64,000 bases of DNA from Candidatus Hydrogenedentota bacterium (GTDB lineage Bacteria > Hydrogenedentota > Hydrogenedentia > Hydrogenedentales > JAEUWI01), in assembly GCA_034669905.1 (NCBI GenBank), contig JAXMOL010000037.1:18734-82733 (forward strand). Direction: 5' to 3'. A program made the position numbers and the translations under genes. The notes under the pieces are model-generated. The model saw nothing but the letters and a program-made list of their open reading frames with translations. It searched no databases and was not told where the DNA came from. Positions 17,947 through 26,439 of this stretch are shown piece by piece. The first letter of the stretch is position 1, and each line of letters begins with the position of its first letter.

Positions 17947-18674
17947 GCAGTGTACGCCTCGAAAATATACGCCGTGTCTTTGCCGAAGGGGGGGGCATCC
18001 GTGATTTCACCTGCGACATTGCTCAGGGGGAATGCTTTGCCCTGTTGGGCCCGTCGGGCTGTGGCAAGACGACCACCCTCCGGAGTATCGCCGGACTGGA
18101 GACCCTGGATGGGGGCGCGATTTATTTCGGTGACCGGGATGTGACCCACGAGCCACCCGAAACGCGGAAGGCCGCCATGGTCTTTCAGAGCTACGCCCTC
18201 TTTCCCCATATGAACGTTTTCGAAAACGTGGCCTTCGGGCTCCGTGCCCAGAAAATGGATAAGGCCCTCATAGCGCCCCGGGTGGAAGAATCGCTCGCCC
18301 TGGTGCAGCTGGAAGGGTTGGGTAAACGGGCCGTGACGGAGCTCAGTGGGGGACAGCAACAGCGGGTGGCCCTGGCGCGCGCCCTGGCGGTGCAACCGGT
18401 GATTCTGCTGCTGGACGAGCCCCTGAGTAACCTGGATGCGGAACTGCGTTATGCCACCCGGGAGCAACTGGGTGCCCTGCAGAAGAAGCTGGGGATTACG
18501 GCCATCTACGTGACCCACGACCAGGAAGAAGCCCTGGAATTGGCCGATCGCATCGCCGTGCTGAAAGATGGTACCTGCCACCAGATTGGTACGCCCAAAG
18601 AAATCCTTGAATCGCCCGCCACCGAGTTCGTGGAGCAATTCATGCGCCGTCAACGTGCCCTCATGGGCGGCTGA
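17943..18674 (+). CDS. ABC transporter ATP-binding protein (PotA/FbpC-like, short)
   Basis: GPSGCGKT, LSGGQQQR, LLLDEPLSNLD, VTHDQEEA; ATGA overlap with upstream gene. Confidence 0.93.
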   Translation: MSSVRLENIRRVFAEGGGIRDFTCDIAQGECFALLGPSGCGKTTTLRSIAGLETLDGGAIYFGDRDVTHEPPETRKAAMVFQSYALFPHMNVFENVAFGLRAQKMDKALIAPRVEESLALVQLEGLGKRAVTELSGGQQQRVALARALAVQPVILLLDEPLSNLDAELRYATREQLGALQKKLGITAIYVTHDQEEALELADRIAVLKDGTCHQIGTPKEILESPATEFVEQFMRRQRALMGG

Positions 18675-18695
18675 ATTCACCGCGCCACTATCCTT

Positions 18696-18877
18696 GGAGC
18701 TTGGACACTCTTGTCCGAGACAGGGCCTACGTCAGACATGCGTGGCACGTGCCGCTTGTGAAATACTCCTTGAGCCCGCCGATGTTATGCCGGTATGGCG
18801 TTGGAGTTTCCCTGCTTCCAGTTATTGGGTGTAAAGGCCCGCGTGCGCTTTGCCTCGGACAGGAGTGTCCCAGCTCC
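18696..18877. repeat. MITE/REPIN-like element with 24-bp terminal inverted repeats
   Basis: GGAGCTTGGACACTCTTGTCCGAG / CTCGGACAGGAGTGTCCCAGCTCC between convergent genes. Confidence 0.75.
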
Positions 18878-18883
18878 TGGGGG

Positions 18884-20056
18884 TTATTCCGGCAGGTTAT
18901 TGCGCAGGAAATCCCGCACGTTGCCGCCCATCATCTTCCCTATATCTTCTGCGTTGTAGCCCGTTGCGAGCAAGGCTTCGGTGATGAGGGGGAGTCCGGT
19001 CACGTCGAAGGGGGCGTGGATGGCCCCGTCAAAATCAGAGCCGAGCGCCACATGATTGGTGCCGACCCGGTCGGCCACATACTTCATGGCGGCCACCGTG
19101 GCGTCGGCGACGGTGCCACACACCGCGGTCTTCCACAGGCCAATGCCGATGAGGCCGCCTTTCGCCGCGATGGCATCGATGTGCGCGTCGCTCAGATTGC
19201 GGGGGTTGTCACAGGTGCCCCGGACGCCCGTATGGGAGACCACCACGGGCCGGGACGTGAGGGCCAGGATGTCGTCGATCATGGCGGGGGAGACGTGAGC
19301 GAGGTCGATGATGATTTCCCGGGCATCCAACTTCGCGATAATCTCCCGTCCGAATTCACTCAGGCCTTCACCCGATTCCCCATGGGCCGAGCCGCCCATT
19401 TCGTTGTCGAAGAAGTGGGTGGGGCCCATCATGCGGTAACCCGCCTCTATCAATACGTCGAGGTTGTTGGCATTTCCCTCCAGACAGTGGAGCCCTTCTA
19501 TACCAAGAATGGCACCCAGCACGTGGGGATTCTCCGCACGCCGCGAGAGAAGTTCGTCCACATCGCCCCGTGTGCGGAGCAGCAACAAATCCGAATCCTC
19601 CTCTGTGAGTCGGTGCAGCCGTTCGGCCTGATAGAGGGCCCGCTCTTTGAGGGAGCCCCACGTCCGCACGGGCCACCGTTGGGCCATGACGAGTTGGGTA
19701 ATCTTGTCCCGTGCGTCGGAGGCGTTGGCGTGGATGTTTTGTCCCTCGGGGGACTTAGTGACAACGGTAAAGGCCTGGATGGCCACATTGCCTTCGCGGA
19801 GTCGGGGGATATCGACCTGGCCCCAGCGGCCCTTGCGGGAGAGATCCCGGGACCACAACAGGCTGTCGGCGTGGAGGTCGGCTATGACGAGGGACTGGTG
19901 GAGGGTAGTGGCTTCGGTGGAAACCGTGTAGGGAGGGGTAGTGCGAACACCGTTCATGTTTTTGCCCACGCTGCCGGGAAGGATTCCGAAGACATAGACG
20001 GCGGCACCGGCCAGGGCAACGAGGCTGGCGACGAGGAATCGTTTGAACCATTTCAT
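18884..20056 (-). CDS. Membrane dipeptidase (peptidase M19)
   Basis: DLHAD, GIEG, IDLAH, VVVSH, RNLSD, GSDFDG; N-terminal TM helix. Confidence 0.9.
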   Translation of the reverse strand: MKWFKRFLVASLVALAGAAVYVFGILPGSVGKNMNGVRTTPPYTVSTEATTLHQSLVIADLHADSLLWSRDLSRKGRWGQVDIPRLREGNVAIQAFTVVTKSPEGQNIHANASDARDKITQLVMAQRWPVRTWGSLKERALYQAERLHRLTEEDSDLLLLRTRGDVDELLSRRAENPHVLGAILGIEGLHCLEGNANNLDVLIEAGYRMMGPTHFFDNEMGGSAHGESGEGLSEFGREIIAKLDAREIIIDLAHVSPAMIDDILALTSRPVVVSHTGVRGTCDNPRNLSDAHIDAIAAKGGLIGIGLWKTAVCGTVADATVAAMKYVADRVGTNHVALGSDFDGAIHAPFDVTGLPLITEALLATGYNAEDIGKMMGGNVRDFLRNNLPE

Positions 20057-20156
20057 GGGCGGGGCTCCTTGGGGTTGTGTCATGTCTTCATAGCGTGCGG
20101 TAGTTGCAGAGTTCGACTATGGATCGGGGTATCGATTCCTGCCAGCGAAGTTTTAG

Positions 20157-20299
20157 CTGAAGTTTCGGACGATTCCCCTCCTGGGAGGGGTTAGGGGTGG
20201 GTTGCGTCGCCTATTGTGACTTGACCCACCCCCGGCCCCTCCAAGGAGGGGAGTTTTTTACAATATCAATTGCGGTTTTCTCAAAAACTAAATGACCCA
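20157..20299. repeat. 143-bp intergenic element B, copy 1
   Basis: CCCCTCC..GGGTGGGTT / GACCCACCCCCGGCCCCTCCAAGGAGGGGAG; colinear with 30143-30285. Confidence 0.85.
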
Positions 20300-20323
20300 A
20301 CGCTACATATAAATCCGCTACGG

Positions 20324-22216
20324 CTATTGCTGCACAGCAATCTCATGGCTTTCTCCTCCAAAGGTGATGCGCACCGAATCTCTGTTGGAGCTCTCTGCAA
20401 AGAAGGGATTGTCGTAATAGCGACGGGGCGCCAAGTCCACGGGGACACCGTGCTTCCGAGGTACTCGGGCTTCCTTCAGGAAAAGCCCCAGACTGGTCTC
20501 TGTGCCCGAGCGGTCCGGGAAGCGATAGGTCAACTGGCCGTTCTCCATGGCCCACCTGTGGCCGGCAAGGTAGTCCGCGAAATCGTCCAACGTGGCGAAG
20601 GTAGCCTTTCGGCCCGTTACCAGGGCGACAGGGTCGAACGCCGATCCGGTACGAAGCTCGCGGTCGTTCAGCCAGGTGACAGGGTCTTCCGTATGCTGGA
20701 AAATCCGGAGGGCGGCATAGCTGTCGCCTTCTTCCAAGACACGCCAGCCCTTCCGTTCGACGAGGCGGTCTTTCATGCCGGTGGCAAAACAGACCTTCAG
20801 GCCCGTGATGGGGGGATAGTTGCGATTCGCCTGAAGGAGCAGCACGTTTTCATGTTGGACCGCGATGTGTTGCACGTAGGTCGTGGAAACGGCGGGGTCG
20901 TTTTTCGCCACCTTGCCCTCGCACTCGAAATAGATGCGCGCGTCGGGTCCCGTGTTGAAGGTGAGGCCCTGCCACAGGTTCTGGGTCGAAATGGCGGCAT
21001 AGCGCCCATCCGCCCGCTCCGGTTCCGCCGGGTAGATTTGATAGTCCTCCCGCAGGGCCGGGTCGAGGGTGTAGGAGCCCAGGATATGGTCGGGCGTGCT
21101 CCACGTATAGCGGATGAAGCGAGACTCCCGGGCGAAGTGATACCAACAGGAGTGGTCGACTTTGGGGGGCTGGGGGTCCACATGGGTCATGCGGCCAGGA
21201 CGGCGGGACTGGTACGCGTAGCTTCCCCGTTGCTCCGTTTCGGTGGCCAGGCGTGCGATGAGGGGCGGCAGGGTGTAGTCCGAGGTGGCCAGCACGAGGC
21301 CGAAGCCCATGATGGGATGGGTGAAATTGCCCGGTTCGTCCCACCCGTTTTGTTTCAGCAGGAGATTACCCATCATATACCAGCTGTCCCGCGCACCGAA
21401 TTGAGAATACTTGCCCTGATAGCAGCGGGCCTTCGCCCCACCGCGGATACCCTTCAACTGCTCCACCGCCCAGTCTGCCCAGCAGAGATCGAGGAGGGCG
21501 CGGGCATTGTGCTGGAGGCGGGGGTTGTCGGCGAAATCGCGGAGGTTCACCAGTTCGGGGATGAGGTACTTGCCGTAAATCGGCGAGCCGAATTCGATGA
21601 AGAGGCCGTGGCGAAAGCGCTCGATGCAGTAGCGGTTGAAATAGGCCGTCCAGGCGGCGCGGTGATCGGCCAGGGTGAAGCCATCGGAGAGGGTACGCGG
21701 GGCCCATGCTGGTCGTTGGGCCAGGGCCTGAATGGCGAGGAAGGCATTGCCCAGATCCATGAGGTCGTGGTTTTCGCTGCCCTGGATGAACCAGACATAC
21801 TTCGTATCGGCCCGGGCGACCGTGCTTTTTGCGAGGGCATAGTTCCAGAAGAGCGTTTCAATGCGGTCCACGTTGACTTCCGACAGGGCGCCCGGCCGTG
21901 CCGTGCCGTGGGGTCCGAAGAGGTAATAGAGGCGGACCCACGTGCGCATCTGCCATTTGAACTGTTCATCGGCGACGGTGGGGGAAAGGGCGTCGTGATC
22001 CCCGAGGGCTTCCTGGAAGGCCGTCTCCAGGTGGGCGTTCGCAGCGGGGCCATCTTCCTCAAGCACAAAAAGCGCGAAGGCCCGGGCCAGGGGCGAGGCC
22101 TTGGGGGTGTCGCGGAGCTTCTCGAAGAGGGGGTGGTAGTCGGTGCGCAGGGGCTCGGCCCCCTGGGTTGCGAGACTGAACATCAGGAGGAGGGGAAGGA
22201 TAGAACGGGCAATCAT
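20324..22216 (-). CDS. Secreted hypothetical protein (possible alpha-helical lyase/heparinase-like)
   Basis: Signal peptide MIARSILPLLLMFSLATQG; SENH and EFGSPIY motifs; lies directly behind the sulfatase. Confidence 0.6.
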   Translation of the reverse strand: MIARSILPLLLMFSLATQGAEPLRTDYHPLFEKLRDTPKASPLARAFALFVLEEDGPAANAHLETAFQEALGDHDALSPTVADEQFKWQMRTWVRLYYLFGPHGTARPGALSEVNVDRIETLFWNYALAKSTVARADTKYVWFIQGSENHDLMDLGNAFLAIQALAQRPAWAPRTLSDGFTLADHRAAWTAYFNRYCIERFRHGLFIEFGSPIYGKYLIPELVNLRDFADNPRLQHNARALLDLCWADWAVEQLKGIRGGAKARCYQGKYSQFGARDSWYMMGNLLLKQNGWDEPGNFTHPIMGFGLVLATSDYTLPPLIARLATETEQRGSYAYQSRRPGRMTHVDPQPPKVDHSCWYHFARESRFIRYTWSTPDHILGSYTLDPALREDYQIYPAEPERADGRYAAISTQNLWQGLTFNTGPDARIYFECEGKVAKNDPAVSTTYVQHIAVQHENVLLLQANRNYPPITGLKVCFATGMKDRLVERKGWRVLEEGDSYAALRIFQHTEDPVTWLNDRELRTGSAFDPVALVTGRKATFATLDDFADYLAGHRWAMENGQLTYRFPDRSGTETSLGLFLKEARVPRKHGVPVDLAPRRYYDNPFFAESSNRDSVRITFGGESHEIAVQQ

Positions 22217-22244
22217 GAAGGGGGCTTTCGTGCTGTGGGGCGAA

Positions 22245-23657
22245 TCAGGCCTGTCCATCCCAGGCGGGGTTGGGCGTGTGGCGTACTTCCAGGACCGCAT
22301 CGAGATAGGCGTGGAGGTCCGCGAGGAGTTCTTTCGCCTTGTCGGGCATTTTCTCCGCCAGGTTGGTGGTTTCGCTCAGGTCGGCTTCCAAATCATAGAG
22401 GGCCAAATCGACGGGGTCATAGGTTTCGATCAGCTTGTAGCGCCCCTTGCGTATGGCGGCACCGGGCCGCATGGATTTGCTGTGGTAATGGGGGTAATAC
22501 CAGACCTGGGGCTTGCGGGCTACGGTCTTTCCTTCGGTCAGGGTGGGGGTGAGATCATAGCCATCCAGTTGCGTGGGGTCTTGGGGCGTAGCACCTGTGG
22601 CGGCCGCGATGGTGGGGAAGAGGTCGGTGCCCATGGAAAGCTGGTCCGTCGTCTGGTTGGCCGGGATATGCCCGGGCCACTTGACGATCAACGGCACGCG
22701 AATGCCCCCTTCGTAGAGGGTCCCCTTGCCTTCCCGGAGGGGTTTCTGGACGGCGCTGTCCTCCAGTCCGCCGTTATCGGAAGTAAAGATGACGAGGGTG
22801 TTCTCTTCCAGTCCCAGGGATTTCAGGCGTTCCAACACGCGCCCGATGTTGCGGTCCATATTCTCTACCATGGCGGCATAGGCGGGGTGGATGCCCGTGT
22901 CTTTGCCCGCAAATTTCTCGCGATATTTGTCCGCCAGGTTCCCGGGGGCTTCCAGGGGGGTGTGGACCGCGTACAGGGTGAGGTAGAGGAAGAAGGGCTG
23001 CGCTTGCTGCCGCTCGATAAAGCCGATGGCCTCGTCCGTCAGCCGGTCTGTGAGATACTCGCCGGGCTTGCCCTCCGCCAACGTGGGGATGTCGGGATTC
23101 CACTTCTTCTGGGGTTTCTTGTAGGGGTAGTAATAGGTGGGCGGGGAGCCATGGGTCCAGCCACCGATATTTTCGTCGAAGCCCTGGTCTTCCGGCCAAT
23201 AGCCCTCTTCGCCGAGGTGCCACTTGCCGATGCTGGCCGAGACGTAGCCCTGGGGTTTCAGGAGTTCCGCGAGCGACTCTTCCGCGTGGGGGAGATACAT
23301 CTTATCCTGCGGCGGAATGATGCGGCTCTTCTCCGGGTGGCGGTGACGGCCAATGGCGGTGATGTGGCCGGTGAATCCGGTTCGGGCCGGATTCTTGCCC
23401 GTCATGAGGGCGGCCCGGCTCGGCGAGCACACGGGGCAATTGGCGTAGGCCTGGGTAAAGCGCATGCCTTCGGTCGCGAGTTGGTCGATGTGGGGTGTTT
23501 CGAAGAGGTCCCCGCCATAGCAGCCCAGGTCTTTGTAGCCCAGATCATCGATGAGCACGAGGAGCACATTGGGTTTCGTGGGGGCGGCGTGGGATTGCCG
23601 GGTGGCAAGACTGGCAAGCAAGCCGCCCGTGGCGGCCAGGAAGTGTCGGCGATTCAT
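22245..23657 (-). CDS. Cys-type sulfatase (S1) with Tat signal
   Basis: MNRRHFL; DDLG, CSPSRAALMTG, GKWHLG, TSDNGG, GKGTLYEGGIRVP. Confidence 0.95.
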   Translation of the reverse strand: MNRRHFLAATGGLLASLATRQSHAAPTKPNVLLVLIDDLGYKDLGCYGGDLFETPHIDQLATEGMRFTQAYANCPVCSPSRAALMTGKNPARTGFTGHITAIGRHRHPEKSRIIPPQDKMYLPHAEESLAELLKPQGYVSASIGKWHLGEEGYWPEDQGFDENIGGWTHGSPPTYYYPYKKPQKKWNPDIPTLAEGKPGEYLTDRLTDEAIGFIERQQAQPFFLYLTLYAVHTPLEAPGNLADKYREKFAGKDTGIHPAYAAMVENMDRNIGRVLERLKSLGLEENTLVIFTSDNGGLEDSAVQKPLREGKGTLYEGGIRVPLIVKWPGHIPANQTTDQLSMGTDLFPTIAAATGATPQDPTQLDGYDLTPTLTEGKTVARKPQVWYYPHYHSKSMRPGAAIRKGRYKLIETYDPVDLALYDLEADLSETTNLAEKMPDKAKELLADLHAYLDAVLEVRHTPNPAWDGQA

Positions 23658-23786
23658 GAGTTCCTCCAATCATGTTAAGGAGACCATGGTACCGAATGGT
23701 CAGGGTGCGATACACCTTGAAGCGGAAACGTTTATGGGCACCGCGATGGAGAGGGGTCTGTGATGTTCAACCCCGTTGATACCGGA

Positions 23787-23936
23787 CGTGCCGCGCGATC
23801 CCGAGGTACGAGGGTTCGTGCGCTTGGAGCAGCCGCGATGGGCAATGCGGGGGCCCTTAGCGAATTCAGCGGGTCGAGAAACGCACGAACCCGTCAGGAC
23901 GCGTTAAGACTCGCCTTTTGGGGATCGCGCGGCACG
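23787..23936. repeat. Two-stem structured element C, copy 1
   Basis: Outer perfect IR CGTGCCGCGCGATCCC, inner IR GGGTTCGTGCG/CGCACGAACCC; second copy at 47116-47226. Confidence 0.85.
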
Positions 23937-23995
23937 CGTGTTGCCAAATTCGCCATTCCCAGGTGATAAATTCCACTGTTACCCGATGACCCACG

Positions 23996-24026
23996 AAAAA
24001 CGCCCCGCAGGGAGGCTGCGGGGCGT
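23996..24026 (-). terminator. Rho-independent terminator
   Basis: ACGCCCCGCAG..CTGCGGGGCGT followed by a T-run on the minus strand. Confidence 0.75.
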
Positions 24027-24043
24027 CGGGATAGCGCGTCGTC

Positions 24044-25054
24044 TTATTTGACCGGGGGCTCGGTGGCGAAGTTGGCCAGGGCCTCTTTTACCCGTTCGGC
24101 CTGTCCGGGGCTGGCGATGAGGTATTGGTGATTGCCGTCTTTGTGTTCCCGGAAGAAGGTGTAGCCTTCGTCGTCGTAGTGGGCATAGCCCTTTACCGAG
24201 AGGTCAAAGTAACCCCGGTCGGGCCGCACGGCATAGAGTACGCTCGTCAGGTCCCAGGAGGGCTGGTTGGTGTAGGCCTTGTGGTAGTGGCGGTAGGCCA
24301 CATCGAGGATGTGGTCTTTCTCATAGTTGAAGTCGAACTTCATGGCGTCCTGGTAGAGGGCCGTTTCCAGGCCGATTTCGAAGCCGCTGATGATGACGGG
24401 GGTGGGCCATCCCTTGAGCAGCTCTTGGGCCGACGGGATGTCTTTCACCACGTTGTATTCATTGTGGGGGCGGTCGTTGTGGGGCTTGAAGGCGCCCGCC
24501 ATGATGGAGATGAACTTGACCTTCGTGGCGGCCAGGTCCTTGCCACTGAGGGGGGAGTGTTCATCGCCTTTGGAGGCCAGGAGGCGGGCCAGGTTGGTGG
24601 AGAAACCGACCTGGGCAATGACCACGGAATGATCGGGCTGGGCCGCGAGGGTCTGGCGCAGCAGCACCGTCGCGTCGGGTGCATCATCGCCACTCTTCAG
24701 GTCGTGGGGGTACTTCAGGGTGTCCCCGTTCTTGTGTTCGATGATGGGGGTGTAGCGGCTATCCTGCTTCGTGACGCCCCCTTTCACCATGCCGATGGGA
24801 ATGTCGGGGCGGCCGTAGTAGGTATTCACCGCGTCAATAAAGGGGGCCGACTGGGGGTGGTCTTTCGTAATCGTGACGGCAAGCAGTTCGCATTCGCCGC
24901 GATTCTGGAGGGCGTGGATGACCCCGAGGGCGAGGGCGTCGTCCACGTCATTGCCCATATCGGTATCGTAGATAAGCTTGACCGGGGCCGGTACAGGGGG
25001 TTTGTCTTCAATGACGCCCATAGCGAGCAGACCGCATACGAGAAATTCCAACAT
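24044..25054 (-). CDS. Nucleoside hydrolase-family protein, probably secreted
   Basis: DTDMGNDVDD motif, TNLA, MAG, EYN, SWD; hydrophobic N-terminus. Confidence 0.85.
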   Translation of the reverse strand: MLEFLVCGLLAMGVIEDKPPVPAPVKLIYDTDMGNDVDDALALGVIHALQNRGECELLAVTITKDHPQSAPFIDAVNTYYGRPDIPIGMVKGGVTKQDSRYTPIIEHKNGDTLKYPHDLKSGDDAPDATVLLRQTLAAQPDHSVVIAQVGFSTNLARLLASKGDEHSPLSGKDLAATKVKFISIMAGAFKPHNDRPHNEYNVVKDIPSAQELLKGWPTPVIISGFEIGLETALYQDAMKFDFNYEKDHILDVAYRHYHKAYTNQPSWDLTSVLYAVRPDRGYFDLSVKGYAHYDDEGYTFFREHKDGNHQYLIASPGQAERVKEALANFATEPPVK

Positions 25055-25256
25055 GATACTGAGCTTCCTTGGGTTGTCTGGGGTGTGGGCACGCGGGAGC
25101 ACGACCCGCTGCCTTAGCAAAGGTCAGCCTATAGGGTACCTGGGGCATTTTTCAATAGGGAGTGGCACCCTTTCCCGGTGGACCGGGTGGACCAGTTTGC
25201 CTGTCGACGGGAAAGGCCGTTATCATTCCGATTCCACGACCTACAGGAGTTTCTTC

Positions 25257-26207
25257 ATGTCTGCCTCTCATCCCTCGGTTACCTGCATTGACAGCCACTA
25301 CGTGAGCCCGGAAAAAGCCGCGGTGTTTATGGTGACGGAAGGGGACCGTGTCGCCTTTGTGGACAACAACACCAACCGGGCGGTGCCCTTGCTGTTGGAG
25401 GCCCTCACCGCCCAGGGGCTTCGTCCCGAGCAGGTCGACTACCTCATTATCACCCATGTCCACCTCGACCATGCCGGGGGTACGGCGGAATTGTTGAAGC
25501 ATTGTCCCAATGCGACGGTGCTTGCCCACCCCAAGGCCGCGCGTCACCTGGTGGATCCTTCCCGGCTGGTGGCCGGTGCGAAGGTCGTTTACGGCGAGGC
25601 CGAATTTGATGCGCTCTATGGCGTTATCGAGGGGGTTCCCGAGGACCGGGTTCGTATCATGGAAGATGGGGAAAAACTGGACTGGGGGAGCCGAAGTCTC
25701 ACGTTTTTCTATACCAAGGGCCACGCGAGTCACCACTTCTCGATCTACGATTCGGGCAGTGACGGGGTTTTTGCGGGGGATGCCTTCGGGTTGGCGCGAA
25801 CGCCCGAGGCCCGACCGGGGATCCCCTTTACGGTGTGTAGTTCCTCGCCGCCGGAATTCGACCCGGACGAGGCCCGTCTGAGTGTTCAGAAGATACGCGA
25901 TACAGGGGCTTCACGGGTTTTTCTGACCCACTTCGGGGCCTTCGACGATCTGGCGACCCGGGCGACGCATCTGTTGCGCTCTATCGACCAGATGGAGGCC
26001 ATTGGCCGTGAGGCGGCGGCGGGAAATCTGGAGGGCGACGCCCTGGTGGCCTATTGCGACGGGCGGGTGACGGAGGCCTTTCGGGAGCATCTGGTGTGGT
26101 GCGGCGTGGAGGATCCCGAGGCCGACTTTGCCTGGCTCGCACAGGATGCCTTCCTGAACGCCCTGGGGCTGCGTTTCTACGTGGAGCGCTTGCGCAAGGC
26201 GGGCTGA
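25257..26207 (+). CDS. MBL-fold metallo-hydrolase
   Basis: THVHLDHAGG, GHASHH, GDAFG, LTHFG. Confidence 0.92.
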   Translation: MSASHPSVTCIDSHYVSPEKAAVFMVTEGDRVAFVDNNTNRAVPLLLEALTAQGLRPEQVDYLIITHVHLDHAGGTAELLKHCPNATVLAHPKAARHLVDPSRLVAGAKVVYGEAEFDALYGVIEGVPEDRVRIMEDGEKLDWGSRSLTFFYTKGHASHHFSIYDSGSDGVFAGDAFGLARTPEARPGIPFTVCSSSPPEFDPDEARLSVQKIRDTGASRVFLTHFGAFDDLATRATHLLRSIDQMEAIGREAAAGNLEGDALVAYCDGRVTEAFREHLVWCGVEDPEADFAWLAQDAFLNALGLRFYVERLRKAG

Positions 26208-26241
26208 GACGCCATCCCGCTCGTGGAAAAGAGGACCTGGT

Positions 26242-26311
26242 TGTGCCACCCTATCGCATCTGAACCCGCCAAAGGCGCGTCCGGGACGCGATTTGGCGGG
26301 ATCGGGTGGCA
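26242..26311. repeat. Nested REP-like hairpin
   Basis: GTGCCACCC..CCCGCCAAA..CGCGTCC/GGACGCG..TTTGGCGGG..GGGTGGCAC. Confidence 0.7.
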
Positions 26312-26439
26312 CGGCTCTTTCAGAAGCTACGATGCCCCAATGATTTTCCCCGATATGTGCCCACTATCCCCAAAAAAAACTCCCCGAAAACGTCCTTCAG
26401 GACATTTCCGGGGAGGATGTGTAGTGGGTTCGGCCCTTA

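Noticed and set aside
20270..23678. Long plus-strand ORFs (760 aa and 511 aa)
   Set aside because: Antisense shadows of the sulfatase and its partner gene, typical of high-GC DNA
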